Below the pieces are notes generated by a model. The model was given only the letters and a program-made list of their open reading frames with translations. It made no database searches and had not been told where the DNA came from. The position numbers and the translations under genes were made by a program. From a virus (taxonomy: Duplodnaviria; Caudoviricetes), in IMG/VR virus record IMGVR_UViG_3300032303_002980, positions 1-43,215 of that record: a DNA stretch of 43,215 nt. One strand, 5' to 3'. This document shows, in pieces, positions 28,321 through 37,429 of the stretch; position 1 is the stretch's first letter, and the number at the start of each line of letters is the position of its first letter.

Positions 28321-28348
28321 ATGATAGCAGAATTCTGCTGCTAGTCAA
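28321..28348 (-). promoter_or_regulatory. Sigma70-type promoter with a palindrome in the spacer
   Basis: TTGACT, 16 nt spacer, TATCAT with extended -10 TG; perfect palindrome AGCAGAATTCTGCT at 28326-28339. Confidence 0.7.
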
Positions 28349-28384
28349 ATATTTTTTCTTATAAGCTTCATTCAAGCTATTTGA

Positions 28385-28642
28385 TCAAGATTTGGTCTGT
28401 TGCTGGAGCTTATTATATAAAACAAGAGAGAGAATAGCTCCTGCTACTCCCATAAATAACCCTGCTGGAGATAAGGATTCGTATTTACCTAACATATACA
28501 AAACCGCCCCTCCCATATATGAACCAGCAACACCTAATGCAACTGTTTTTATAAAACCAAAATTTTCTTCACCTGGAACAATTGCTTTGGCCACACTACC
28601 AACAAATAATCCATAAACACACCATACTAATAAATTAAACAT
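28385..28642 (-). CDS. GlsB/YeaQ/YmgE-family (transglycosylase-associated) membrane protein
   Basis: W.V.GL.VG.VAK.IVPG....G...T..LGVAGS..GG......G.AGA...L.LY. Confidence 0.85.
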   Translation of the reverse strand: MFNLLVWCVYGLFVGSVAKAIVPGEENFGFIKTVALGVAGSYMGGAVLYMLGKYESLSPAGLFMGVAGAILSLVLYNKLQQQTKS

Positions 28643-29027
28643 TTGCTGTCTCCACTAGGGTTAATGCCTCATCGTCCGTGAGAATTTCTCCTTTATCTAA
28701 CAAAACTTCTGTAAGTTTAATACCATATTTATGATAGTCTTCTTTAGTTAGTTCTTGACGAATAATTCGCTTGATTCTTAGTCTAGTAAACCAACCCCTT
28801 TTTTTACTATAAGAACGTATTTCTTGACCATATAGAAAACCCTTTTCCGCACATGACATATTATTGGTTTTGCTTTTATTACACTCCTGCATAACTCTTA
28901 TAATGGTTAAGACTATACTAATCATCATTAAAATAGCTATAATACTACCAAATTTTTGATCTTCTGGAATATTAGCTTTTTTTAAAATTTCTTTGGATAT
29001 ATTTTTTAGTTTTTCATCATTAGACAT
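28635..29027 (-). CDS. Hypothetical single-TM membrane protein
   Basis: Hydrophobic FGSIIAILMMISIVLTII segment. Confidence 0.65.
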   Translation of the reverse strand: MSNDEKLKNISKEILKKANIPEDQKFGSIIAILMMISIVLTIIRVMQECNKSKTNNMSCAEKGFLYGQEIRSYSKKRGWFTRLRIKRIIRQELTKEDYHKYGIKLTEVLLDKGEILTDDEALTLVETANV

Positions 29028-29030
29028 AAT

Positions 29031-29381
29031 TTACTTTCTCTGTGTCGATGAGCAAGTTCCGCTTATACAATTGGGAGTTATTGTTATGGGATTATGAATT
29101 AAAACTTTTGGCGATGGCTTCTCAACTGGTTGGTTTTTTGTATCTTCTTCACAATAACCACAATCTACTTTTTTAATTTCATCTCCACTAATATACCAAC
29201 CTTTACCTTTACAGATGGGGCAATCTTTTCGTTTATATTTTTTATTATCAACCATATGTTGTGATGCAATAACTGATCCCGCTAAAATCACAGCAGATTT
29301 GGTATAAACTGGACTATAATCAGAAGAGTAGGTTACCATAGAAGATAAGAACATAGATATTATTAATAATTTATTAATCAT
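29031..29381 (-). CDS. Secreted/membrane protein with a DnaJ-type CxxCxGxG zinc motif
   Basis: N-terminal signal-like stretch; CPICKGKG...CGYC; C-terminal CISGTC. Confidence 0.65.
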   Translation of the reverse strand: MINKLLIISMFLSSMVTYSSDYSPVYTKSAVILAGSVIASQHMVDNKKYKRKDCPICKGKGWYISGDEIKKVDCGYCEEDTKNQPVEKPSPKVLIHNPITITPNCISGTCSSTQRK

Positions 29382-29554
29382 TTTTTAATTACCTTATTAA
29401 TTTGTTTTCTGAGCCAGGGAAATGGTTGATTATCAGGAACGTGTGGAACAACATTATCAATGTTTTTATTAGCAAAAATTTTTATAATAGATAATATAAA
29501 ACTTGTTATTATAGATATTAATCTATTTAATGCTATTCTATCTAATATTTTCAT
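29378..29554 (-). CDS. Small 58 aa membrane-associated protein missed by the ORF track (MKILDRIALNRLISIITSFILSIIKIF...PFPWLRKQINKVIKK)
   Basis: AAGG upstream of ATG 29554; ATGA overlap with the next gene; hydrophobic/amphipathic N-terminus. Confidence 0.7.
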   Translation of the reverse strand: MKILDRIALNRLISIITSFILSIIKIFANKNIDNVVPHVPDNQPFPWLRKQINKVIKK

Positions 29555-29577
29555 AATTAACCTTTATATTATCTAAT

Positions 29578-31908
29578 TTAACAAATGAAAGAGCCAGCGC
29601 CGCCAACAGCCAATGGATCTCTTACCGATATTGCGGATCCTGTTCCTGGACCTGTCGCAACCCATTGTCCAATAGGTTGTGATAAACACGTTACAGGAAT
29701 TTGAACTGTTCCATAAGTATTTATCGGATTATAGTCACTATAATCGAGTATTTGAGGATCTAATAATAAAGGATTGCCACATGTTACATTAGTCAATTCA
29801 TAATATGCAACAAATGTACCAGTTTCAACTTTGCCCAATTGCCATTTATCAACAGAAAATCTCATTTGTATATCTGAGTTCTTAAGACTAATATATCTAT
29901 TATTATCAGAATCATAAGCATATTGAGATATAAATTCTGTTAATCCTGCTTTAAAAACATATACTCCAACGTTGCTTCCTTCTCCACCTTCTGGAGTAAC
30001 TCTGGCGAATGCTGTTTTATTATCATAGCTAATCATTGGACCAAATAAATCGTCACTATAGCTTTCCCAGGTACCTGTTGGAAGAAACGGATAAATTGGA
30101 TAATTTGTATTATTACTTAATTTATACAAGTCATCACCATTTTTATTCATATACCACTCGCCATCACCCTGTGTAGATATTCTTGGATAACTATTTCCAC
30201 CATCTTTTGAATAAAAAATATTGTCATTATAATCAACAACATTTGCTGCATAATATTTTCCGCTTGTGTCATAGCCTGCTCCTGCTCCTGAAACATAAAC
30301 AGAGTCTCTAAGACTCCAATACACATCAACACCGGGCCATTTAATAGTAACATTGTCACTATTATCTAATGTTACAAAGTTAAAGTTTGAATTTATCCAT
30401 GATCTAAAGCCATCAGGAGTTTTAGCTCCATCGTAATCTACAAAAATTATTTGTCCACTATTAGCTTTATAAACATTACCAGCAGAATTTGTTGTTTTTA
30501 CCATAGGATAAACGTGAGGAATCGAAGCTACTTGATAAGGTAATCCAGAGTAAATAATCTTAAGATCTTGCACTCCTTCTGTTGTAAAATAATTTCCGCT
30601 AGGATGAGCAAAATTATCCCCACACATAAAATCAGCATTAACATACGAGCCAAAACAACTATTACTAATGGTTGAATATCCTGTTGATACAGGAATTAAC
30701 GAATTAAATTCTGAACAGGTTGTTCCAGATGTTCTACAAGAAAAATTAAATTCTATTGATGCATCTAAATACTGTTTAGGACTAAATAATGCTGTTTCGT
30801 TGATAGAATAAGAGACACTATTATAAGTAAATTGATATTTATGAAAGTGTGGTCTTATTCCACTACAACGATTCACCATAGAGACCCCATATTCTGAACT
30901 GTCAAAAGGAACTCCAACTCCTGAAGTTCTATAAGAGAATCCTATAGTTGAAAGGCCAGTATAAACTGGAGTTTTTGATGACGAGCTAGATAAATTATAT
31001 GGATTGTTACTTATTCCACTAATATTAATTGAGGACGGCTGACTAGCTATTCCTGTGAAATAATTGGTATTAAACCAAGGTTTTGCTGGGGCAGTTCCTG
31101 CAACGTCGAGAGGATAATTTTCTGGTAATATATTATGACCAATTTGATCAACAACTGTCCAATCACTATAAGGATGTCTCCACCTTAATGGTGGGTTGAA
31201 ACCAATAACCGCTCTATGGCCAGTTCCTAGTGGTAGTACAGGATTGGTGCCGCCAGGAAGATCTATTCCCACTATATCTTCTGGAGCTTGAATAGCTGTG
31301 AACACAAATTGACACGGAAAAGCATATACTCCACTCAAATTTGATCCAATATTACCGCTTGTTGCATATTCGACATATCCTTTATATGAAGGTTCGTTTG
31401 TTGTTTCTACTAAACTAATTATTTTTTTACCAACACCATAAGACATATTCCAGTAGTCCTGATAGGCAGATACTGAGGTATCGGTCATGCCTGATAAAGT
31501 ATTTAAACGCCATTCTTGAGTTAATGACTTATAATCAAAAACATATGTTCCGCTAAACACTGGATCATTTGGAATTTTAATGCTTATTCTTGAACTAAAA
31601 TTTGTTGTTGGGGGAGTTCCACCAAAAAGAGAGTATGCATACGATGGAGCTGACTTAGGGGTGCTTGTAATAACTCCATTATTTGGTTGTCCTTTAAAAA
31701 TATAATATGGAGCCTTTAAGCTGATTGGATGAGTGAATCTTGAGTCGTTACAAACGGTATTAGGATCTTCCCACGATGATAAAAACTGAATAGGACAGCA
31801 ACTTGCACATAAATCTTGAACCTGTTGTTCGGAGGATCGTACCCACGCGGTACCATTTGAATATCTAACATAAAAATTATTACCTACTTTTCTAACAAAA
31901 GCTGTCAT
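29578..31908 (-). CDS. Large S/G/T/Y-rich hypothetical protein (probably virion-associated)
   Basis: 776 aa, beta-rich composition, N-terminal CASCC; no enzyme motif seen. Confidence 0.55.
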   Translation of the reverse strand: MTAFVRKVGNNFYVRYSNGTAWVRSSEQQVQDLCASCCPIQFLSSWEDPNTVCNDSRFTHPISLKAPYYIFKGQPNNGVITSTPKSAPSYAYSLFGGTPPTTNFSSRISIKIPNDPVFSGTYVFDYKSLTQEWRLNTLSGMTDTSVSAYQDYWNMSYGVGKKIISLVETTNEPSYKGYVEYATSGNIGSNLSGVYAFPCQFVFTAIQAPEDIVGIDLPGGTNPVLPLGTGHRAVIGFNPPLRWRHPYSDWTVVDQIGHNILPENYPLDVAGTAPAKPWFNTNYFTGIASQPSSINISGISNNPYNLSSSSSKTPVYTGLSTIGFSYRTSGVGVPFDSSEYGVSMVNRCSGIRPHFHKYQFTYNSVSYSINETALFSPKQYLDASIEFNFSCRTSGTTCSEFNSLIPVSTGYSTISNSCFGSYVNADFMCGDNFAHPSGNYFTTEGVQDLKIIYSGLPYQVASIPHVYPMVKTTNSAGNVYKANSGQIIFVDYDGAKTPDGFRSWINSNFNFVTLDNSDNVTIKWPGVDVYWSLRDSVYVSGAGAGYDTSGKYYAANVVDYNDNIFYSKDGGNSYPRISTQGDGEWYMNKNGDDLYKLSNNTNYPIYPFLPTGTWESYSDDLFGPMISYDNKTAFARVTPEGGEGSNVGVYVFKAGLTEFISQYAYDSDNNRYISLKNSDIQMRFSVDKWQLGKVETGTFVAYYELTNVTCGNPLLLDPQILDYSDYNPINTYGTVQIPVTCLSQPIGQWVATGPGTGSAISVRDPLAVGGAGSFIC

Positions 31909-31920
31909 TATATAATCCTA

Positions 31921-32844
31921 TTATAAGTATGTGAAACCGTAATTGGGTAATTTTTGTACAGGAAATCCGTTAAAATTGCTGAAGGCATAAGATCCGTTTG
32001 CTGATAACATCCCAGCAGCAACATCTGATGTTATTAAAAATGATCCATCTGGTATGGGGCCCCACTCTGGATGACCTCCGTCATTCCATTTACCCCAACT
32101 ATTTTGTACTAAAAATGCTGGCTCACTACCAGTATCATCACAAGCAATCCAAGCCATGCAATGACCCCAGTTACCACTTACTTTAGCAAAACCCTTTTTG
32201 TCTCTTTTGTTACTAAAGCCATAATTTGAACAAACAGCTAATCCATATCCATTTGCTAATGCGTCTCTAGCTTCTTCTACTGTTGTTACTAAACTAGTTG
32301 TTGTAATTTGATGATCATTAGCTAGATCTATTACAGGATCTGGTAAACCTCTTGATCCCCAGTTCGCTCCTAGATTGCCATTATATTTACTAAAGTCTGC
32401 TATGCCTTCATAATTTTTTCTAACTACTATTCCGCCAGCCTGACTCACAAATGTCGCCGCTCTTGCACAACTCATTCCTTGGCCACCATGACCTCGTGCT
32501 CCATAGATAGCTTCTGTTGCTCCTCTAGCTATCCATGTTTCTTTTTCTTTCTTAATATCTATTTCTACCGCTCTGCTAATATCACAGGCATTTCTTGTTC
32601 CATGGCTTACGCAATCTCCAGTGGTTTGTCTTTCTTCGTATGCTTTTTTATCAAATTTTAATACACTTTTATAAGGAGTGCTTAATTTTCCTTTTCCGCT
32701 ATCCACAATCCTTTTTGCACCATCAGAAAAGTAAGCGTATTTAGAATTTTCCATTAGTTGTTCATATACATGCTCTTCCCATAAACAACCACTAAAACCA
32801 TCTTTATAGTTTTTATATAATTCTTCCGGAGTGTATCTTGGCAT
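31921..32844 (-). CDS. Papain-like (C1) cysteine peptidase
   Basis: Q-TTGDCVSHG (oxyanion Q and catalytic C), WGHCM (His), QNSWG..W...G (Asn). Confidence 0.88.
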   Translation of the reverse strand: MPRYTPEELYKNYKDGFSGCLWEEHVYEQLMENSKYAYFSDGAKRIVDSGKGKLSTPYKSVLKFDKKAYEERQTTGDCVSHGTRNACDISRAVEIDIKKEKETWIARGATEAIYGARGHGGQGMSCARAATFVSQAGGIVVRKNYEGIADFSKYNGNLGANWGSRGLPDPVIDLANDHQITTTSLVTTVEEARDALANGYGLAVCSNYGFSNKRDKKGFAKVSGNWGHCMAWIACDDTGSEPAFLVQNSWGKWNDGGHPEWGPIPDGSFLITSDVAAGMLSANGSYAFSNFNGFPVQKLPNYGFTYL

Positions 32845-33332
32845 TATTTTGCACCTTCTTTACAAGCCCACGCTAAATTCTTAAAAGCAACAACAGCCTT
32901 TTTGCGTAAATCGTTGTCTAGTGGAACATTATCATTTCCCACCACAGACTTAACTACTTCTTCACAGCTAGTAGCTAGATTATCATATTTACCTTTAAGA
33001 TTTAGTTTTAATAAAGATCCTGCAATTTTATTTACTGAAGCTATTTCTTCAGTATTTATAATAACTATATCTTCACCATCTAATTCTATTAGTCTAGCAA
33101 CATCACTATATAATGAAGCTAGGTCTAAAGCATCTTTTTTAGGATTGGGACCAGAAGACAAAACTTGAGTTACTTTTTTACAAGCTTCCAAAGTAACCTC
33201 GTTTGTTGGTTCTTCTACAAGAATAGTTACAGTAGATTCATTTCTAACAGGAATGATGTTAGAAAAATTTGGTTTAAATAAACCTAAAAGAACCAACCCT
33301 ACTGCTATACTTAGTAATAATTTTTTATTCAT
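32844..33332 (-). CDS. Hypothetical exported or membrane-anchored protein
   Basis: N-terminal MNKKLLLSIAVGLVLLGLF. Confidence 0.65.
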   Translation of the reverse strand: MNKKLLLSIAVGLVLLGLFKPNFSNIIPVRNESTVTILVEEPTNEVTLEACKKVTQVLSSGPNPKKDALDLASLYSDVARLIELDGEDIVIINTEEIASVNKIAGSLLKLNLKGKYDNLATSCEEVVKSVVGNDNVPLDNDLRKKAVVAFKNLAWACKEGAK

Positions 33333-33360
33333 TATATTTTATCCTTATACATTCTTTAAA

Positions 33361-33735
33361 TTACTTTTCTGGCGTGGTCAATACAGATTGTGTTGAGCCA
33401 CAAGCGTTCGGACTGAGAAATGGAAACATTTGATCAGCAACCTTAACAGCTTCTGTGCAGTTGCTTCTGGATGCTAAATCTCTTGTTTGTTTCCACGAGT
33501 GCATAAGTTGAAAAAATAAATCTTCTTTATTAACAACATTAGACACAACATTAGATGTGCTACCAGGAACCCTGGGCAATGAAACTTTTTGTAATAGATT
33601 ATTAATAAATCCCTGTACTGGGCCTAGTTTATCTTGAAATAAAACAAATAGGATAAGTGCTGCACCAGCATATAAAGCTAAATCAAAAGTAGTTACTCTA
33701 CTAGCAAACTGATCAAAACTCTCTGTGTAATTCAT
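33361..33735 (-). CDS. Hypothetical single-TM protein
   Basis: LALYAGAALILFVLF. Confidence 0.65.
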   Translation of the reverse strand: MNYTESFDQFASRVTTFDLALYAGAALILFVLFQDKLGPVQGFINNLLQKVSLPRVPGSTSNVVSNVVNKEDLFFQLMHSWKQTRDLASRSNCTEAVKVADQMFPFLSPNACGSTQSVLTTPEK

Positions 33736-34175
33736 TTCTTTTTCCTCGCTCTGTTAACTTTAAGGTTAGATTTAATAGATTGTGAAACTAACGGTTGTGT
33801 TTTAAAGACTCCAACTTGTCTGAACGTTGTGACCATAGCATCAATGCTGGAACTTACTAGTGCCATTAAAAATACTTTTACATATTGACGAATAATTGGC
33901 TCAATAAAACTTGGGATCATAGGAACATCAACAATAATAAAAACACTATCATAAAATTTTGATAAATAGTCCATAGCCATAGCTTTTTTATCTGGTCCAG
34001 ACAAATTACTAGTATTCTGTTCTAACACTTGTACCGTTTGAGCAACAGCAAGTTGTAGAATTTTCCAGGCTTGAGATATTGCAACAGATTTAATCTCTCC
34101 TAAAGAGACTTTGACCTGAGTCATAAATTCATCTAATTTTATTTTAATTGAGTATATTGAAGCTGCTTCTGGCAT
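33732..34175 (-). CDS. Hypothetical protein, weak holin-like pattern
   Basis: LSGPDKKAMAM resembles the G..KK..A motif of LL-H-type holins; basic C-terminus. Confidence 0.45.
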   Translation of the reverse strand: MPEAASIYSIKIKLDEFMTQVKVSLGEIKSVAISQAWKILQLAVAQTVQVLEQNTSNLSGPDKKAMAMDYLSKFYDSVFIIVDVPMIPSFIEPIIRQYVKVFLMALVSSSIDAMVTTFRQVGVFKTQPLVSQSIKSNLKVNRARKKK

Positions 34176-34211
34176 AAAATGTCCTTTTTGAAAACGCCCT
34201 ATATATTATAG

Positions 34212-34217
34212 TACACC
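34212..34217 (-). promoter_or_regulatory. GGTGTA motif (candidate phage promoter)
   Basis: Minus strand GGTGTACTATAATATATAG in an intergenic gap. Confidence 0.6.
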
Positions 34218-34229
34218 GACCAAGACTGT

Positions 34230-34553
34230 CTACTCAACTTTGAGCTGAATTGGTTTTTTGATTTTCTTCTTAGTTTTAGATCTTGTATTTTTTCTATTAG
34301 CTATTTTTCTTTCTTCTGGTGTTGCAGTATTCCACCAAGTCTTTTTAAGATCTGTTCTTCCTTTGATATATTTAAATAACAAAGTTAATTGACCTATAAT
34401 TAATATAGCAGCTTCTAATCCTTTACTTGTTTCTTGTATTAAATCTTCTTTTTGAGTAAAATCGTCTAATACCCCAAATAAATAAGCTCCACTAAAAATG
34501 AAACTTACTAATGTGAACCAGAATTCACTAGTTTTATAACCAGGTTTGACCAT
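34230..34553 (-). CDS. Putative holin (2 TM segments, basic tail)
   Basis: KPGYKTSEFW followed by two hydrophobic segments and a Lys-rich C-terminus. Confidence 0.55.
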   Translation of the reverse strand: MVKPGYKTSEFWFTLVSFIFSGAYLFGVLDDFTQKEDLIQETSKGLEAAILIIGQLTLLFKYIKGRTDLKKTWWNTATPEERKIANRKNTRSKTKKKIKKPIQLKVE

Positions 34554-34594
34554 TTTAAACTCCAATAAATGTAATAATAGTAACTATTATTAGA

Positions 34595-34600
34595 TACACC
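34595..34600 (-). promoter_or_regulatory. GGTGTA motif (candidate phage promoter)
   Basis: Minus strand GGTGTATCTAATAATAG in an intergenic gap. Confidence 0.6.
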
Positions 34601-34609
34601 TAATGCAAA

Positions 34610-35230
34610 TTATGTATTTTGATCCACAAATCCAAAACAAACTGTGCAGTAGTATTCACTGATAGTATAATTAAAAGTTATAGTAGTTAATACGCCATCT
34701 ATTCTAATAATATTAAATCCCTCTGTGCCGGTAAATTGAGAGTATTGAGTACCATTTACTGCATTTTGATATGTAGTATCTGTGCTCCAAATTGGAGTAA
34801 ATGGTAAGGATACTTGAACAGGAACTGGCGTGCTAGGATTACCAACACTAGCAAATGCAACTAGAGGATTTGTAACTGGTTGACTAAAAGTTGCTGTAAA
34901 TGTGCCAGCTCGACTATTTAAGATTTGAGTTCCATTACCGGGTACTCCATATGCTTCGGGAAATGTTGGATATCCATACATGCCATTATGAGGAGCCATA
35001 CCTCCACCATTTTGAGTAATTGAGATTGTAATATTATTTTGACCAATTCCAGATGCTGCGGTTGCAGTAACTCCATTAATATTCATCCATTGAAATCCTG
35101 AGCTACCAAAAGACGAGGCTGAAAAAACTAAATTATTTCCTAAAAATATTTTAGAAATATTTGTATTTCCTAATTTAATAGAAGTTATATTAGAACTACT
35201 TAAATATATGTCACTATCTATTGTTGGCAT
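34610..35230 (-). CDS. Putative tail-fibre/virion protein
   Basis: N-terminal SIKLGNTNISKIFLGNNLVF pattern common in phage fibre-associated proteins; beta-rich C-terminal domain. Confidence 0.5.
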   Translation of the reverse strand: MPTIDSDIYLSSSNITSIKLGNTNISKIFLGNNLVFSASSFGSSGFQWMNINGVTATAASGIGQNNITISITQNGGGMAPHNGMYGYPTFPEAYGVPGNGTQILNSRAGTFTATFSQPVTNPLVAFASVGNPSTPVPVQVSLPFTPIWSTDTTYQNAVNGTQYSQFTGTEGFNIIRIDGVLTTITFNYTISEYYCTVCFGFVDQNT

Positions 35231-35238
35231 GACAAATT

Positions 35239-35514
35239 TTAACCATTAATAATATATAATGTTTTTGAATCTTTTGTAGCAAGATTATCGTAGTTACTTT
35301 GTGATATGCTAATTATATTAGTAACTTTTACTGAGTTTGACACCAAGGATGTATCACTTTGAACAATCTTCATCGATGTTTGAATACCAGATAATGAAAC
35401 GGCTTTTGTCAAAGATGCGCCTAATGGATCATCCATAATTAAGAATATATCATCAGAACTTAGGCTACCACTTCCTTCTGGAAATTCATTTATTCTTTTT
35501 ATGCTCATGCTCAA
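35239..35514 (-). CDS. Putative small tail-fibre-associated protein
   Basis: RINEFPE....SDDIFLI.D....TKAVSL and ISQSNYDNL.TKD.KTLYII, both motifs common in phage fibre proteins. Confidence 0.55.
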   Translation of the reverse strand: MSMSIKRINEFPEGSGSLSSDDIFLIMDDPLGASLTKAVSLSGIQTSMKIVQSDTSLVSNSVKVTNIISISQSNYDNLATKDSKTLYIING

Positions 35515-35723
35515 CCACCTATTAAGTTTGCGTTGCCTATTCCATAATAGTAACTAGGATCATCAAATTTTTCATCATATTTAGATTGTATATCAGTTAT
35601 TACTGGAGAATTGTTAACATAAGAATTTATAGTTTTATAATTACCAGTAAATGAACATGTGGTAACAATAGTACCATTTTTTATAGCTTCATCACTTTTA
35701 CTTTTTATTATATCATTTGCCAT
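35511..35723 (-). CDS. Hypothetical protein
   Basis: 70 aa ORF with GAGG SD and an ATGA overlap. Confidence 0.6.
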   Translation of the reverse strand: MANDIIKSKSDEAIKNGTIVTTCSFTGNYKTINSYVNNSPVITDIQSKYDEKFDDPSYYYGIGNANLIGG

Positions 35724-35735
35724 AAATATACCTCA

Positions 35736-36056
35736 TTAGTTTCTTTCTATTCTTGCTTCTAAAGCCTCTAATGTTTTACCCAATGTTGCAATTTGTATTT
35801 TAAGTTCAGTCATGACTTCTGTATTTCTTTGTAGCATTCCTGTTAAAGCAGCTTGTGTTTCTTTATTAACTGCTAATCTTTCCATAATAAATTGTCGATC
35901 ATGTAAATATGGAGATTTGGTTTCTATCATTTCAGCAACTTCTGACTTACTAGCCATATTTTTACCAATAGCTACCCAAAAGCCTATCATAGTAATTATG
36001 ATTCCGATACTGGTAGTTGCTATACTTTCCCAAAAGTGAACTATGGTATCGCTCAT
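35736..36056 (-). CDS. Single-TM + coiled-coil protein (holin-like architecture)
   Basis: IATTSIGIIITMIGFWVAIG followed by a heptad-rich C-terminus. Confidence 0.6.
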   Translation of the reverse strand: MSDTIVHFWESIATTSIGIIITMIGFWVAIGKNMASKSEVAEMIETKSPYLHDRQFIMERLAVNKETQAALTGMLQRNTEVMTELKIQIATLGKTLEALEARIERN

Positions 36057-36102
36057 AATTAATAACCTTTATTTGATAAAAACAAATATACTTATTATAA
36101 TA

Positions 36103-36108
36103 TACACT
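36103..36108 (-). promoter_or_regulatory. AGTGTA variant of the recurrent motif, directly after a terminator
   Basis: Minus strand AGTGTATATTATAATAAG. Confidence 0.5.
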
Positions 36109-36142
36109 AAAAACAAAAAGCCAACAATATTATTGCTGGCTT
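36109..36142 (-). terminator. Intrinsic terminator
   Basis: Minus strand AAGCCAGCAAT-AAT-ATTGTTGGCTT followed by TTTGTTTTT. Confidence 0.85.
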
Positions 36143-36172
36143 AGTGTTATTAAATTAATTAATCAAGCGTTA

Positions 36173-36718
36173 TCAGCCAGTTTTGGCTTTATAATCTTGA
36201 TTACGAACTGGCAATTTGGCACCGGTTCTGAATACTAGATCACCAGGAACAGAACGAGTTGGAGAAGCAGCATTATCAGTACCAGGATTTTCTGTAACTG
36301 GCGTTGGCGAGGGCGAATACTTGCCAGTATAAAGGTTGAAGTATCCAGCCCTAAAAGCTGTTGCTTTACCATCAGACTTGAAGCTTTCGCGTTTGTGAAT
36401 TCCTCTTACTTGAGCTGGAGCATTAGAGCTTGTTGCTAAAACTGAACTATTTGCTCCTGCAATTTCTGTTGTTACTTTGAAAGTAATGGGTTTGGTGTGA
36501 TTGTGAGAAATAGGACTACCAACTATTGCTACATTTGTGTCCATTCCGTCAATAACCGTTGAGCCGAAAACTCCGGTTGTATCTTTACTAATGGCCACTT
36601 TACGCAATAGCGATGTTGATGTTACTCTGGTTGATGTTCCACCATCATTTACTGAGCCACTACCTTTTAAATTTGGCGGCGTTGTATAATCTGCGCCACT
36701 TGTATTAGCTGTTGACAT
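36173..36718 (-). CDS. Hypothetical S/T/G-rich protein (likely abundant virion protein)
   Basis: GGAG SD before ATG 36718 (MSTANTSG). It has its own upstream GGTGTA motif and a downstream terminator. Confidence 0.65.
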   Translation of the reverse strand: MSTANTSGADYTTPPNLKGSGSVNDGGTSTRVTSTSLLRKVAISKDTTGVFGSTVIDGMDTNVAIVGSPISHNHTKPITFKVTTEIAGANSSVLATSSNAPAQVRGIHKRESFKSDGKATAFRAGYFNLYTGKYSPSPTPVTENPGTDNAASPTRSVPGDLVFRTGAKLPVRNQDYKAKTG

Positions 36719-36758
36719 TGTTATCTCCATTGATAAAGGTAATATTACCAATAAAGTA

Positions 36759-36764
36759 TACACC
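36759..36764 (-). promoter_or_regulatory. GGTGTA motif (candidate phage promoter)
   Basis: Minus strand GGTGTATACTTTATTGG. Confidence 0.6.
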
Positions 36765-36775
36765 TATTATTGCAT

Positions 36776-37429
36776 TTATATAATATTTTCTTTATATAAT
36801 AATTCTAACGCATTCAAAGAATTCACCCTCAAACCAAATAAATTAGCATTTTTGATCAATTTTATATGACTCTCATTCCAAATGTTGCCATTGGAAATAA
36901 TACCAATTTCAGGTACTTTTTTATTGATTAGGGCAGAGGCAGTGATATTATCCGCTATATCGTCTATGAAATATCCAGTTGATGGATATATTATTTTTAT
37001 GTTAAAGTCATGCAATATTTGAACTATTTTATAAAGTAGTTCATAACTAAATTGACGATATTCTAAAATATATCTTATTTCAATATCAGGATGTTGTATA
37101 ATTAAAGATTGTATATTTTTTATATCTTCTTTAAATTTATCATATTTTCTATTACATAGATAATAACTTGGACAAATAACATCAATTGTATTGATATATT
37201 TAATTACATGTTCTATAGAAGATAACTTGGATTTTGAATCAAGAATACCAAATGGATAATCTATAGGAGTAGATAATGCTATATGTTGTGGCAAAAAAGA
37301 TTTTGCAACTTTAACATGAGAAGGCAAAACCGATAATGATTGAATACTATATTTGCTAATTTTTTCTATAATAGAAGATAATTCAGAATCTTTAGTTGCT
37401 ATATCGTAGTGATAGTATTCTATTATCAT
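36776..37429 (-). CDS. DeoC (deoxyribose-phosphate aldolase)-like TIM barrel, catalytically degenerate
   Basis: SVLPSHV, PIDYPFG......K, IDVI, RYILE; YPSTGY in place of KTSTGF. Confidence 0.7.
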   Translation of the reverse strand: MIIEYYHYDIATKDSELSSIIEKISKYSIQSLSVLPSHVKVAKSFLPQHIALSTPIDYPFGILDSKSKLSSIEHVIKYINTIDVICPSYYLCNRKYDKFKEDIKNIQSLIIQHPDIEIRYILEYRQFSYELLYKIVQILHDFNIKIIYPSTGYFIDDIADNITASALINKKVPEIGIISNGNIWNESHIKLIKNANLFGLRVNSLNALELLYKENII

